IMG/VR virus record: IMGVR_UViG_3300036832_001810
Span: 1-63,568 of that record
DNA: 63,568 nucleotides
DNA from: a virus
Taxonomy: Duplodnaviria > Caudoviricetes
Direction: 5' to 3' (one strand)
The notes under the pieces were generated by a model. The model was not told the DNA's origin and ran no database searches. It saw only the letters and a list, made by a program, of their open reading frames with translations. The translations under genes were made by a program, and so were the position numbers. How positions within the stretch are numbered: position 1 is the first letter of the stretch; each line of letters starts with the position of its first letter. Shown piece by piece: positions 20,446 through 30,804 of the stretch.

Positions 20446-20631
20446 ATGGTGACCGAACGCAAGATCGAAATAGCGGCGCGCGATTGCCCGTGCCGCTGCG
20501 GCTGGCCGAGACGGTATCTCGCGCGCCTGGTCGTGCAGGCTCGCGGTAAGACGCAGCAGCGCCTGCTCTCGCTTTGCGAATTTCACGGGGCGGTCTTTGC
20601 GGCGCGCCATGGGATGGAGCTGCCCGCATGA
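20446..20631 (+). CDS. Small Cys-containing protein
   Basis: Fills the gap; ATGA overlap with the next gene. Confidence 0.45.
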   Translation: MVTERKIEIAARDCPCRCGWPRRYLARLVVQARGKTQQRLLSLCEFHGAVFAARHGMELPA

Positions 20632-22514
20632 TTCAGAAGCTCAATTTTCGGCCGGGGGTGGTGCGCGAGCTGACCGACTACGCCAATAGTGGTGGCTGGT
20701 ACGACGCGGACAAGATCCGTTTCCGCGCCGGTTTCCCCGAGAAGATCGGCGGCTGGGAAGCGGTCTCTCGCCAGACCTACCAGGGAAGCTGCCGCTGCCT
20801 GCACCAGTGGTCGAGCGTCGAGTTCGACCGCTATATCGCGCTCGGCACCAATGAGAAGCTGTATATCTACTGGGGCAACAATTATTACGACATCACGCCG
20901 GTGCGCGCGGTAATTACGCTGGGCGCCGATCCCTTCCAGACCGACGGCACCGATACCCTGCTGGTCGCCTGTCCCAATCACGGGATGAAAACCGCTGGTG
21001 ATTTTGTGACTTTCTCGGGCGCGACCACGAGTGTGGGCGCGATTACCCCCGCCCAGTTGAACCAGCAATACCAGGTGGTTTCCATCGTGGACGCGAACAG
21101 CTTCACGATCACCGCGCCGGGCGTGGTGGGCTCTGGCGTCCATGGCGGCGGCCCTAGTGTGACGGCGACCTTTCAGGTCCCGGTAGGCCTGGACAACGCG
21201 GTGGTCGGCACCGGCTGGGGGATTCCGCCGTGGGGCGGCAAGAACAGTACGCTGGCTCCCGCCAACTACTCGGGCTGGGGCTCCAGCTTCAACCCGCTCC
21301 TGCTCTACCCGGTGGGTTTCGACGTGTCCCAATTGAGGCTCTGGGACATGGATAATTTTGGCGAAGATTTGGTCGCGAATATTCGCCAAGGCCCCATCTA
21401 TTACTGGCACCAGGCGACCACCGTGGGCCAGCCCGCCGTGCCGCTCAACCAGGCGATCACGGTGGGCGGCGTCACCTTCACTCCCAACCAGGTGCCGAAT
21501 TTCGCGGCCCAGGTCCTGGTCTCGCCCAACGACCGCCACCTGATCGCGTTCGGCTGCGACGACGTGGGCGCGACCGAGCCCGACCCTTTGCTGGTGCGCT
21601 GGTCGAACGAAGAAGACGCCTACGACTGGGAGCCGCGCCGCGACAACTCGGCGGGCGGCCAGCGCCTCTCGCTCGGTTCGTACATCATCTGCGCCCTGCG
21701 CACCCGCCAGGAGATCCTGGTCTGGACCGATCTCGGGCTATGGAGCATGCGCTACATCGGCACGCCCTACATCTTCGGCTTCGACGTGGTGGCCGAGGGC
21801 CTCTCCATCATCGGCCCCAACACGGCGGTCAACGCGGGCAACCTCCTGTTCTGGATGGATCGCGGGATCTTCTACGCCTACACGGGCCAGGTGCAGGAGC
21901 TGCCCTGCACGGTCAAGGACTATATCTTCAGCGATCTCAATTACACCCAGCAATACAAGATCTGTAGCGGCCACAACCACTCTTTCAGTGAAGTGATCTG
22001 GTTCTATTGCTCGTCCGCGAGCGACGAGATCGACCGCTACGTGATCTATAACTACGTGGACCAGAACTGGTCGATAGGTCAGCTAGAGCGCACCGCCTGG
22101 CTCGACATGGGCCGCTCGGCCTACCCGGTGGCGGCCAGCAAGACTTCGCACCTGCTCTACTACCATGAGCTGGGAGACGACAACGACGGCGCCGCCCTGC
22201 CGGCTTATGTGGAGTCGAGCGACCTCGATCAGGAGGGCGGCGACCACTTCCTGTTCCTGGGCCGCATGATCCCCGATGTGCAGTTCCGGGGCAGCTCGTC
22301 GAGCCAGACTGTGGGCGTCAGCGTCCTCAAGCGTAACGCGGCCTTGGGCAATAAGGAAGTGGCGGCGCGCTTTACGGTGACGCCCGCAAGCGAGCAGGCC
22401 TTCATCCGCGTGCGCGCGCGGCAGCTTTCGCTGCGCATCGAGAGCAATGATGTGGGGGTCGGCTGGCGCCTGGGCGCGCTGCGCGCCGACCTGCAACCGG
22501 ACGGGAAGAGGTAA
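20628..22514 (+). CDS. Tail nozzle / DNA-stabilisation protein (podovirus)
   Basis: KLNFRPG..RE.T.YA..GGWYD.DKIRFR.GFPEKIGGW start; WRLG..R.D.QPDGKR end. Confidence 0.8.
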   Translation: MIQKLNFRPGVVRELTDYANSGGWYDADKIRFRAGFPEKIGGWEAVSRQTYQGSCRCLHQWSSVEFDRYIALGTNEKLYIYWGNNYYDITPVRAVITLGADPFQTDGTDTLLVACPNHGMKTAGDFVTFSGATTSVGAITPAQLNQQYQVVSIVDANSFTITAPGVVGSGVHGGGPSVTATFQVPVGLDNAVVGTGWGIPPWGGKNSTLAPANYSGWGSSFNPLLLYPVGFDVSQLRLWDMDNFGEDLVANIRQGPIYYWHQATTVGQPAVPLNQAITVGGVTFTPNQVPNFAAQVLVSPNDRHLIAFGCDDVGATEPDPLLVRWSNEEDAYDWEPRRDNSAGGQRLSLGSYIICALRTRQEILVWTDLGLWSMRYIGTPYIFGFDVVAEGLSIIGPNTAVNAGNLLFWMDRGIFYAYTGQVQELPCTVKDYIFSDLNYTQQYKICSGHNHSFSEVIWFYCSSASDEIDRYVIYNYVDQNWSIGQLERTAWLDMGRSAYPVAASKTSHLLYYHELGDDNDGAALPAYVESSDLDQEGGDHFLFLGRMIPDVQFRGSSSSQTVGVSVLKRNAALGNKEVAARFTVTPASEQAFIRVRARQLSLRIESNDVGVGWRLGALRADLQPDGKR

Positions 22515-22515
22515 C

Positions 22516-22764
22516 ATGGCAAGACAAGTTAGACAGAGACTGCCCGATCCGCCGCCGACTTACGATCAGGCTTACATCGCGGCTTTGGCGCGCAGCGTGG
22601 ACAGTTACATGAACCAGGCGCAGGCTCTGGCGGAAGTGATCGCGGCGCGCTTTATCATGACCGACCCGCCGACCACCACGGTGGGCATGCCGGTGGGCAC
22701 GCTGTATCTGACCACGGTCAGCGGCGTGCCGGTATTGAGCATCGTACAGGAGACCGATCCATAG
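22516..22764 (+). CDS. Small conserved tail protein
   Basis: RLPDPPPTYDQ motif directly after the nozzle gene; GAGG RBS. Confidence 0.65.
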   Translation: MARQVRQRLPDPPPTYDQAYIAALARSVDSYMNQAQALAEVIAARFIMTDPPTTTVGMPVGTLYLTTVSGVPVLSIVQETDP

Positions 22765-22775
22765 GAGGCTGACTC

Positions 22776-23615
22776 ATGATGAACCCGATTCGTAACATCG
22801 AGCGCATGGTGGGGCCAGGCGGCCCCGAGCGCGCCTTGAATCTGCCCACGCAGGGCGGCAGCCACAGCTTTAGCGCCGGGCGCCACGAGCCGCACAACTA
22901 CCCGGTGCATCGCATGACCGTAGTCCACGTCGGTATGCCCAAGGAGGCCGCGCTGCCCAAGACCAAGACCTTGGCCAAGACCGGCCTCTTCGGCATGCAG
23001 GAGGGCGGCGAGGTGGATAGTGAGACGGACACGCCCGACGCGGGCGATCTCAAGGACTCGCCCGACAACCTGTCGCCGCGCGACGCCCAGATGCAGCAGG
23101 TGGTGATCGAGGCCATGGCGGCTTTGCGCGGGGAAAATCCCGATGCCAAGCGCGCCATCCAGCGCTTCATCGACCTGTTCGGCGAGGACCAGTTCCGCGA
23201 GCTGCGTCAGATGGTGCTGGCCCAGCCCAAGGGCGACGAGGAAGAGGGCGACCCCAACGAGAGCGAGCCCGACCAGGACGAGGACGATGCGCCCCCGCCC
23301 CAACCGCAGCCGACGCCGCCGCCGGCCGCTGGCGGCATGCAGGTGGGCGGCCTGCTGCGCGGGCCGGGCTCGGGGCAGAGCGACGAGATCGAGGCGGCTA
23401 CGCCGGGCGGGCGCAGGGTGCTGTTGAGCGATGGCGAGTACGTGATCGACGCGCCCACCGTGGCCGTGCTCGGCGACGGCTCGACCGACGCCGGGGCGCG
23501 GCGCCTGGATGCCTTCCGCAAGGAAGTGCGGCGCCAGGCCTACGGCCATGACAAGCAGGCCAAGGCGATGAAGAAAGGCGGCAAGCTGGCGCTGCTGCAG
23601 GCGTTGAACCAGTGA
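22776..23615 (+). CDS. Putative internal virion protein with GPGSGQSD/LSDGEYVI domain
   Basis: GPG.G.SD.I.A...LSDGEYVI.A..V..LGDGS..AGA..L motif. Confidence 0.7.
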   Translation: MMNPIRNIERMVGPGGPERALNLPTQGGSHSFSAGRHEPHNYPVHRMTVVHVGMPKEAALPKTKTLAKTGLFGMQEGGEVDSETDTPDAGDLKDSPDNLSPRDAQMQQVVIEAMAALRGENPDAKRAIQRFIDLFGEDQFRELRQMVLAQPKGDEEEGDPNESEPDQDEDDAPPPQPQPTPPPAAGGMQVGGLLRGPGSGQSDEIEAATPGGRRVLLSDGEYVIDAPTVAVLGDGSTDAGARRLDAFRKEVRRQAYGHDKQAKAMKKGGKLALLQALNQ

Positions 23616-23809
23616 ACCTGGATTACCTGTTGAGCCGGGCTCTGGAGGAGCATTTGATGGTGCTGATGGACGGAATCCACCGGGGCGTGCCCGAGGATTA
23701 TGCCGCCTACCGCGAGCTGGTGGGCGAAATTCGTGGTATACGTTTTGCAATAGCTCGCCTGACCGACCTGCGCCAGCAGGCCGGCCAAGATGGGGATGAA
23801 ATCGCATGA
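23612..23809 (+). CDS. Small conserved head-module protein
   Basis: DYAAYRELVGEIRGI motif upstream of the GroES-like gene. Confidence 0.7.
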   Translation: MNLDYLLSRALEEHLMVLMDGIHRGVPEDYAAYRELVGEIRGIRFAIARLTDLRQQAGQDGDEIA

Positions 23810-24159
23810 CAGCGACGCGCGACGAAGTGTTATCGGTGATTCAGCCGGTCGGGTATCACCTGTTGATCCGGCTGCTCTCCCTGGACGAAAAGACCAAGGG
23901 CGGGATTTACCGGCCGGCTGGAACGCAGCAGGCCGAACAGATGGCGACGCAGTTGGGCGAAGTGATTGAGATGGGCGCGAGCGCCTACGCGGACGCGGAG
24001 AAATTCCCCGATGGGCCGTGGTGTGGGCCGGGCGACCACATCATGATGCGCTCTTACTCCGGCACCTCGTTCAAAATCGACGAGCAGGAATATCGGTTGA
24101 TCAACGATGATACGGTAGAGGCGGTCGTCAGGCAGCCCGAGCGTATCTCGCGGGTATAG
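23806..24159 (+). CDS. groES: Phage co-chaperonin, GroES-like
   Basis: PVGYHLLI...EKTKGGI...G..AY.D..KFP.GPWC..GD...YSG...YRLINDD.VEAVV. Confidence 0.85.
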   Translation: MTATRDEVLSVIQPVGYHLLIRLLSLDEKTKGGIYRPAGTQQAEQMATQLGEVIEMGASAYADAEKFPDGPWCGPGDHIMMRSYSGTSFKIDEQEYRLINDDTVEAVVRQPERISRV

Positions 24160-24162
24160 GTT

Positions 24163-25137
24163 ATGGCAGAAGACAAAGACACCATGGCACCGGAAGCCGA
24201 CCGGATCGAAATTGAGATCGAGCCCGAGAACGAGGAGCAGAAGCCGCGCCTGCGCACCGGCGACACCAGCAACCTGGACGTGCGCGACGAGGAGATCTCG
24301 GGCTACGGCAAGGGCGTACAGGACCGCATCAAGAAGCTGCGCTTCGCCTTCCACGAGGAGCGCCGCCAGCGCGAGCAGAAGGAGCGCGACCTGGCCGCCG
24401 CCAACGACTACGCGCAGCGCGTCTTTCGCGAGAACGCAGCGCTCAAAAAGAACGTGCGCGCGAGCGAGCAGGCGGTGGTCCATCAGGCGCTCTCGCGCGC
24501 CGACGCCGAGATCGCGCAGGCCAAGGCCAAGACGCGCGCCGCGCACGAGAGCGGGGTCGCCGACGACATCGTGACCTCGACCGAGGAGCTGGCGCGCGCC
24601 GTGGCCGAGAAGGACCGCTTGAGCATGCTCAAGGAGCCGCCGGCCGAGGAGGCGCAGGCCGCCGAGCCGCCCCGGCCGGCGCCCGAGCCCGACGCCCACA
24701 CCAAGCAATGGTTCGCCAAAAACACCTGGTACGGCAAGCCGGGGGAAGAGGAGCGCTCCGCGTTCGCCATGGGCGTGCATAATAAGCTAGTGGCCCAGGG
24801 CATCAGCGCGGCGAGCAACCCGGAAGTTTACTGGCGCACGATTGACGAGCGCCTGGCCGCGATCTTTCCCGACAAGCATTCGAACGGCAACGGCGACGGC
24901 GCCGAGGAGGGCGAAGGCCCGCGCGAAGCGCCGCGCCGCGAGGAAAGGGAATTCACCAGCTCCCGTCCGCTGGCAGTGGCGGGCGGTACGCGTAGCAATA
25001 CCGGAGCTACGCCCGCTGGCCGCACCCGCGTGATCCGGTTATCAGAGTCGCAGGTGCGGCTGGCGCGCCGCCTGGGCTTGACGCCCGAGCAATACGCGCA
25101 GCAGGTCGCGCTCGAAAGTGAGGCTGCCAGTGCCTGA
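24163..25137 (+). CDS. Capsid scaffolding protein
   Basis: Acidic coiled coil; C-terminal RLSESQVRLARRLGLTPEQYA; upstream of the capsid gene. Confidence 0.75.
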   Translation: MAEDKDTMAPEADRIEIEIEPENEEQKPRLRTGDTSNLDVRDEEISGYGKGVQDRIKKLRFAFHEERRQREQKERDLAAANDYAQRVFRENAALKKNVRASEQAVVHQALSRADAEIAQAKAKTRAAHESGVADDIVTSTEELARAVAEKDRLSMLKEPPAEEAQAAEPPRPAPEPDAHTKQWFAKNTWYGKPGEEERSAFAMGVHNKLVAQGISAASNPEVYWRTIDERLAAIFPDKHSNGNGDGAEEGEGPREAPRREEREFTSSRPLAVAGGTRSNTGATPAGRTRVIRLSESQVRLARRLGLTPEQYAQQVALESEAASA

Positions 25138-25630
25138 AATCAGAACACCGCGTGAGGACCAGACCCGCGCTTCGGAGGCGCGGCCGGCGGCGTGGATGCC
25201 GTCGAATTCACTGCCCGATCCGCATCAACGGCCAGGGAAGAAATTCCGCTGGATTCGCACGTCGGCTGCCGGGCAGTCCGACGCCACCAATGTGTCGCGC
25301 CGGCTCAGGGAAGGATGGGTCCCGGTCAAGGCCGTGGACTATCCCGAGCTGCACATCATGACGGATCGCGACAGCCGCTTCCCCGACTCCATCGAGGTCG
25401 GCGGCCTTTTGCTGTGTACCACGCCCGAGGAAAACGTGCGGGCGCGCAACGAGTACTACCGCACGCAGACGATCAACCAGATGCAGGCGGTGGACTCGCA
25501 ACTCATGGCCGAGGAAGATCCCCGGCTACGCACCATGTATCGGAAGGTGAACTCGAAGACCCGCTTTGGACCGGATGCCCGCAGGGACCCGACCCAGGGC
25601 GCGCAATTGCCCTCGCTCGCGAAGCCGTAA
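25130..25630 (+). CDS. Conserved head-module protein
   Basis: GTG 25130 after GAGG; RWIR...G..D..NV..RLREGW.PV; IEVGGLLL. Confidence 0.75.
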   Translation: MPEIRTPREDQTRASEARPAAWMPSNSLPDPHQRPGKKFRWIRTSAAGQSDATNVSRRLREGWVPVKAVDYPELHIMTDRDSRFPDSIEVGGLLLCTTPEENVRARNEYYRTQTINQMQAVDSQLMAEEDPRLRTMYRKVNSKTRFGPDARRDPTQGAQLPSLAKP

Positions 25631-25746
25631 CTGCACCTTCGCGCTCACAGGCAAGCCAAACACCGACGAGTTCGCCGCGCGGACTGCACAGGATGCGAGA
25701 CCCGCGTGCCCTTCAACCATGTCTTCAAAGACGAGGGAGGAATTTC

Positions 25747-26343
25747 ATGGCGCAAACCGCCAGTCCCTACGGCTTGAGGCCGGTGCAGTTGCTCGGAGGT
25801 CTCCCCTTTGCCGGGGCGATTCGTTCCTTCCCGATGACTCTGAACTCGGCCAAGGCCTTTTTCTTCGGTGATCCGGTGGCCCTGGTCGGTGGGCAGCCCA
25901 CGGTGCTGACCGGGAGCCCGATCACCACCGTGAACGCGAACTCGCCCGTTGGCGTGTTCATGGGCTGCGAATGGCAGGACCCGGTTCGCGGCTTTCTCAA
26001 CGCGCAGTCCTTTCCGGCCAATGGCATCAGTAGCGGTGCCACCAAGGTCAAATTCAAAATCCTCGACTGCCCGACCTGTGTCTTCATGGTCCAGGCCAAC
26101 GGGTCAGTCCCGGCCGCCTCGCTCGGCTTGAACACCGATATCCTCGGTTTCGGCACGGGCAACGCGGCCACCGGCAACAGCCTGGTCGTCGCCGATGCGG
26201 CGGCGGCGGTGACCGCGACCCTGGCGCTCAAGATCATCGGCTTTGTGGACCAGCCCGGCAGTCAGGTCGGCGATCCCTTCACCGATCTATTGGTCATCTG
26301 GAACCAGAACGTCCACCGCTGGGTGGCGCAGGCGGGCTTCTAA
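25747..26343 (+). CDS. Putative capsid decoration/minor capsid protein
   Basis: GGAGG RBS; PYGLRPV, GVFMGC, F.VQA motifs; adjacent to the capsid gene. Confidence 0.7.
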   Translation: MAQTASPYGLRPVQLLGGLPFAGAIRSFPMTLNSAKAFFFGDPVALVGGQPTVLTGSPITTVNANSPVGVFMGCEWQDPVRGFLNAQSFPANGISSGATKVKFKILDCPTCVFMVQANGSVPAASLGLNTDILGFGTGNAATGNSLVVADAAAAVTATLALKIIGFVDQPGSQVGDPFTDLLVIWNQNVHRWVAQAGF

Positions 26344-26355
26344 GGAGATTCAATC

Positions 26356-27267
26356 ATGGCGATTTCAAGAGCACAACTACTCAAAGAATTGATGCCCGGA
26401 TTGAACGCTCTGTTCGGGCTCGAATACAAGCGCTATGCCGAAGAGCACAAGGAAATCTTCGCGATTGAAAATTCCGAGCGCTCCTTCGAAGAGGAAGTGA
26501 AAATCACCGGCTTCGGCCCGGCTCCGGTCAAGCCCGAGGGCGAGGCGATTCACTACGACGATGCGCAAGAGTCCTACGTGGCTCGCTATACGCACCAGAC
26601 CATCGCGGTCGGCTTCTCGATCACCGAGGAGGCCGTGGAGGACAACCTCTACGACTCGCTCTCGGCGCGCTACACCAAGGCCCTCGCCCGTTCGATGGCC
26701 CACACCAAGCAGACCAAGGGCGCGGCGATTCTCAACCAGTCCTTCGATCCGCTCTACCCGATGGGCGACGGCGTCAGCCTCTGCTCCACCGCGCACCCCT
26801 TGGTTATGGGCGGCGTGCAGAACGCCAACACGCCGGCCACCCCCGCCGATTTGAACGAGACCTCGCTCGAAGCGGCGGCCACCACCATCGCGCTCTGGGT
26901 GGATGATCGCGGCCTGCTGGTCGCGGCCAAGCCGCGCAAATTGATCATCCCGGCTGGCCTGGTCTTTACGGCGACGCGCGTCCTGCGCTCGCAGTACCGC
27001 CCCGGCACCGCCGATAACGATGTCAATGCGCTGTACACCAACGGGACCATTCCCGACGGGTACTTCGTCAATCACTACCTGACCGATCCCGATGCCTGGT
27101 GGATCATCACCGACATCCCCAACGGCCTGAAACATTTTGTGCGCGTGCCGCTCAAGACCGACAACGACGGGGATTTCGACACGGGTAACGTCAGGTACAA
27201 AGCGCGCGAGAGATACTCCTTCGGAGCCAGCGACCCCCTTGGCGTCTACGGCTCGCCGGGAGCATAA
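26356..27267 (+). CDS. Major capsid protein (Mu gpT-like, HTVC010P-like group)
   Basis: MAISRAQLLKELMPGLNALFGLEY ... GDFDTGNVRYKARERYSFG.SDPLG.YGSPGA. Confidence 0.92.
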   Translation: MAISRAQLLKELMPGLNALFGLEYKRYAEEHKEIFAIENSERSFEEEVKITGFGPAPVKPEGEAIHYDDAQESYVARYTHQTIAVGFSITEEAVEDNLYDSLSARYTKALARSMAHTKQTKGAAILNQSFDPLYPMGDGVSLCSTAHPLVMGGVQNANTPATPADLNETSLEAAATTIALWVDDRGLLVAAKPRKLIIPAGLVFTATRVLRSQYRPGTADNDVNALYTNGTIPDGYFVNHYLTDPDAWWIITDIPNGLKHFVRVPLKTDNDGDFDTGNVRYKARERYSFGASDPLGVYGSPGA

Positions 27268-27359
27268 TAAACCGTCAGCTCATCGATTTGTCTTATCCAT
27301 TGGGTTCGGCGCCGGGTGGCCGTGGCTGCTTTCTAAAATTCCGGGGGAGGAAGTTTGGA

Positions 27360-27392
27360 GGGCAGTCGCGGCGGCCCGGCCCGTTTTTTTTT
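27360..27392 (+). terminator. Possible intrinsic terminator after the capsid gene
   Basis: GC-rich imperfect hairpin followed by a T9 run, between convergent genes. Confidence 0.45.
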
Positions 27393-27735
27393 AGCGCGCG
27401 CGTTTGGACGGCGGCGCGGCGGGTTTGTGGTGTCCGGGGTTGTGCGCGGGCTTCTGGTGCGTAGCCGGCTTGTCGTCGGCCTTATCGTGGGCCTTATTGT
27501 GGGCCTTATCGTGGGCCGGCTTATCCTGCGCGGCCGGCTTGTCGGGCGGCTTGAAGAGTTTCGGCTCTGGCCTGGGCTCCTCCTCTTCGGGGCTCGCGGC
27601 GGGCTCCTCCGGGGGAGCGTCCGCGTAGCCCTGGCGCACCAGCGCGTCGATCTCGCCGGGCGCGCCCTCGAACTCCTCGCCGATCTGGTAGGCCCTGCCG
27701 TCGTGGACGAAGGCCTTCTTGAGCGTGACCGTCAT
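27391..27735 (-). CDS. Small protein, paralog 2 (VTLKKAFVHDGRAY..GEEFEG) with repetitive tail
   Basis: ATGA overlap; DKPAH/DKAH repeats. Confidence 0.7.
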   Translation of the reverse strand: MTVTLKKAFVHDGRAYQIGEEFEGAPGEIDALVRQGYADAPPEEPAASPEEEEPRPEPKLFKPPDKPAAQDKPAHDKAHNKAHDKADDKPATHQKPAHNPGHHKPAAPPSKRAR

Positions 27736-27890
27736 TGCGTTTCCTCTGCCGCCGCCTCCGGGGCGGGAGCGTCGGCGTAGCCCTGGCGCACCAGGTCGTC
27801 GATCTCGTCGGGCATGCCCTCGAATTCCTCGCCGGCCTGATAGGCCCGGCCGTCGTGGATGAAACCTTTTTTGAGCGTGACTTTTTTCAT
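27732..27890 (-). CDS. Small protein, paralog 1 (52 aa, not in the ORF track)
   Basis: MKKVTLKKGFIHDGRAYQAGEEFEGMPDEIDDLVRQGYADAP...; ATGA overlaps at both ends. Confidence 0.75.
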   Translation of the reverse strand: MKKVTLKKGFIHDGRAYQAGEEFEGMPDEIDDLVRQGYADAPAPEAAAEETQ

Positions 27891-30457
27891 TGCGGGAACT
27901 CCTCTGCCGGCGCCTCGGGGGCGGCCGGCAATTGTGCGTTGCGGTCGGACTCCTTCTCCTGCATCTGGACCAGGTGGCCGAGCGCGGTCTGGCGTTCGGC
28001 CGATTGGAGCTTGGCGTGGCCGAGCTGGTGGGTGAGGCCGGCGGTGCGCTCGCGGCTACTGGCCTCGGCCTGGTCGGCGCCGGTCGTGATCAAGGCGCGC
28101 GTCTGGTCGCCCTGGATCTTGGCGGCGGTGCGGCGCTCCTCGCTCTGCAGTTTGGCCTGGTCGCCCTGCGCCTTCTGCGCCAGCTTCTGCTGCTCCAGTT
28201 GCAGCTTCTGCGCGTCGTTCTGCGCCTTCTGCTGGTTCGACTGCTGCTTCAACTGCAGCTCCTGCTGCTGCAACTGCACCATCGGGTCCTGCTGCTGCTG
28301 CTGTTGCTGCTGGGCCTGGGCCTGCGCCTGGTTCTGCTGGAGGAGCTTCTGGCCGGCCTGCGCCTGGATGCCGCTCAACTGCTCCTCGATCTCGGGCGGC
28401 AGTTTGGTGCCGCTCGCCGGCAGGGGCACGCCGATCTGCTGCTCGATGCTCTTGCGGTACTGGTAGGCCAGGTGCTCGGCGATGTGCGCCTGACTCGCGC
28501 TCATTACGCTCGCCGCGAGCGGCGTTTGCGCCAGGCCCTGCTGGATCTTGGGGTCCTGCATGAAGCTCTGGTGGCACTGCAGGTGGGCGTCGTGGTCCTG
28601 CCACTCGAAGGCCTTCACCGGCTTCGAGGTCAGGATGTTCATGTTCTCGGTCACCGGGTCGGCGGGGTCGATGTCGCCCTTGTCGGGCACGATCTGCTCA
28701 CAGTTGTCGATACCCAGGACTTCGAGCATGGAGCGGTGCAACAGCGGCAGGTTATAGAGCTGGGGCGCGGTGGCGCTCAATTGCAAAGCCGCCTGGTATT
28801 CCATGACGCGCTGCGCCATGGTGGCGCTCGCCGGGTCACTGATCGGCACTATCGAGACCTGCTGGCCGTAGTCCTCTTCCTTGGCCGAGCGCGGCGCGTT
28901 GACCGGGTCGTAGTCGTATTCGGGCGGCGTGCAGTCCCTGACGATCTCGGCCAGGATGCTCAGCTCCCGGCCGAGCGCGGTGTGCAGGCGCGCCTGGACG
29001 GCGGTAATCACCTCAGTCGCGCGCTCGATCAGGGCGAGCATGGTGCCGACCGGCGCGTTCTGAGAGGAACTATTGATATCGAGGTCAGCAATCGAGGCGA
29101 AGGATTTCCCCTCGCTGACCAGGAGCTGGAGTAACTGGAAGAGGACCGCCGAGGGCTCTTTGTAGGGCAAAGGAAAGACGCTGTCGGCGATCTTACTGGT
29201 GCTGATATCCACGTCGCGCCACTCACCCGGCATGATCGGATCGCTGTCGCCTTTGATCCGCATGCCGCGTGTTTTGAGGCCGCCCGGCAGGTTGGCGAGC
29301 GTGCCCGCGTCCACGAGCTGGCGCAGGATCGAGGTGGTTCCCTTACCGATGCCGCCGATCAGGTGGATCAGCCCCAGGCCATAGGCGCCCTTCCAGGGCA
29401 CATACCGATAGTGGGTGAAGTAGGGGATCTTGGTCTTGCCGGGGTCGTCCTTGCGCCAGTTGCGGCGGATCGCGAGCACCTCGTTACTCGCCTGCTCGAT
29501 GGTGACGATATAGGGATAGCTCTCGTCCCCGTCGTCCAGTTCGTCGAAGTGCAGGTCGGCGTGGATCTCGCGCAGGGTCAATAGCTCGTTGCGCGAGTAA
29601 CTGGGCTGCACGCCGCTCACGCGCGCCACCTTCTCGTCCACGCGGTTCAATTCGACCGGGGTCTCGTGCAGGTAGACATCCTGGCGGTAGAAGCCGCGCC
29701 CCTGCAGTTTGATGACATCGCTATACGCCTGCTTGAGGATGTGGCAGTAGCGCGGGCAGGTTTCGAGCGAGGGAAACCCGTAGGGCATGACGAAGTCGCT
29801 CGCCGGCACAAACTGCGCCACGGGGCGCCCGAGGAGCGGGTCGAAGTAAGTCTTGCGGAAGGCACTGCCATCCACCGGGAGGGCGAAGAGTAACTGCTCG
29901 GTCTCATCCCGGTACTCCGGCATCTTCTCGCCCAGCCAGTGGTTGAGGTCGTCTTTGACGCGCCCGGCCTGCTGCAATTTGAGGTGCGTGGCCTCGCCGA
30001 TCACCTTGACGTTGGCCGGACCCTCGGGCGGGAAGAGCTTGGTGATCGACTTCGATTGAAAGCGGACAGCGGCCTCCAGAATCATCGGATGCACCACGCC
30101 GCAGGCGCCGGGCCACGGGATAGTCCGGTCCTCGATCTTGATGCCCAGTAAATCCAGACCACTAGCCAATGCGCTTTCCCAGTCCTTGCGGCTGTTGAGA
30201 TCGTCCTCGACCGCGAAGCGCAGGTCGTTCGCCAGCGTTTGCAGGGTCTGCCGGGGCAGATAGTCGGCCAGGTTGGCGTCGTGGGGCGCGTCGATGGCGC
30301 CCGCGTCTTCACTGCCGTAGTGGATCTCCACGCCGCCGTCGTCCATCTCGATAACCTGGCCCTCGGCGGGGTCGGGCCGGTAATCGAGCAGGGATAATCC
30401 GCCCGGAAAGCCTGCGTCATTGGGCAGCGCGCGGTCGATCATCGATAGCCTCTCCAC
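27887..30457 (-). CDS. Portal protein (P22-like podovirus type) with Gln-rich C-terminal extension
   Basis: PWPGACGVVHP..LEAAVRFQ; GLGLIHLIGG; LRQLVDAGTLANLPGGLK; LPYKEPS; APVGT.LAL.ER. Confidence 0.9.
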   Translation of the reverse strand: MERLSMIDRALPNDAGFPGGLSLLDYRPDPAEGQVIEMDDGGVEIHYGSEDAGAIDAPHDANLADYLPRQTLQTLANDLRFAVEDDLNSRKDWESALASGLDLLGIKIEDRTIPWPGACGVVHPMILEAAVRFQSKSITKLFPPEGPANVKVIGEATHLKLQQAGRVKDDLNHWLGEKMPEYRDETEQLLFALPVDGSAFRKTYFDPLLGRPVAQFVPASDFVMPYGFPSLETCPRYCHILKQAYSDVIKLQGRGFYRQDVYLHETPVELNRVDEKVARVSGVQPSYSRNELLTLREIHADLHFDELDDGDESYPYIVTIEQASNEVLAIRRNWRKDDPGKTKIPYFTHYRYVPWKGAYGLGLIHLIGGIGKGTTSILRQLVDAGTLANLPGGLKTRGMRIKGDSDPIMPGEWRDVDISTSKIADSVFPLPYKEPSAVLFQLLQLLVSEGKSFASIADLDINSSSQNAPVGTMLALIERATEVITAVQARLHTALGRELSILAEIVRDCTPPEYDYDPVNAPRSAKEEDYGQQVSIVPISDPASATMAQRVMEYQAALQLSATAPQLYNLPLLHRSMLEVLGIDNCEQIVPDKGDIDPADPVTENMNILTSKPVKAFEWQDHDAHLQCHQSFMQDPKIQQGLAQTPLAASVMSASQAHIAEHLAYQYRKSIEQQIGVPLPASGTKLPPEIEEQLSGIQAQAGQKLLQQNQAQAQAQQQQQQQQDPMVQLQQQELQLKQQSNQQKAQNDAQKLQLEQQKLAQKAQGDQAKLQSEERRTAAKIQGDQTRALITTGADQAEASSRERTAGLTHQLGHAKLQSAERQTALGHLVQMQEKESDRNAQLPAAPEAPAEEFPQ

Positions 30458-30804
30458 TGAGCCGCGCCACGGAATCTGCTGCCTCGGGTAAGTGCCGGGG
30501 CATGTGCTTCGGGTGCGTGTTCAAATTCTCTCACGCGCTTCCGCGCTTTGGGAATTGTCGGCCGCGTCACGATTGCGCGGCGGAAATAAATTACGGCGCG
30601 GGTTCTGTCATAGAGCGACCAGAGCGTCGTTTTTGCGATACTCTTTTTTCCAATTTTCGCTTGTAATTGAGTAACAGCCTGCGTTACTCTCCTGAAAGTA
30701 ACCCACCACGACCCCGAGCACATCCCCAGGCCGCAAAAAGCCGGGTAGCGAATCGAGGCGCGATGGTAACTACCAAAGCTACACAAAAGGGGGAGTTACT
30801 ATCC

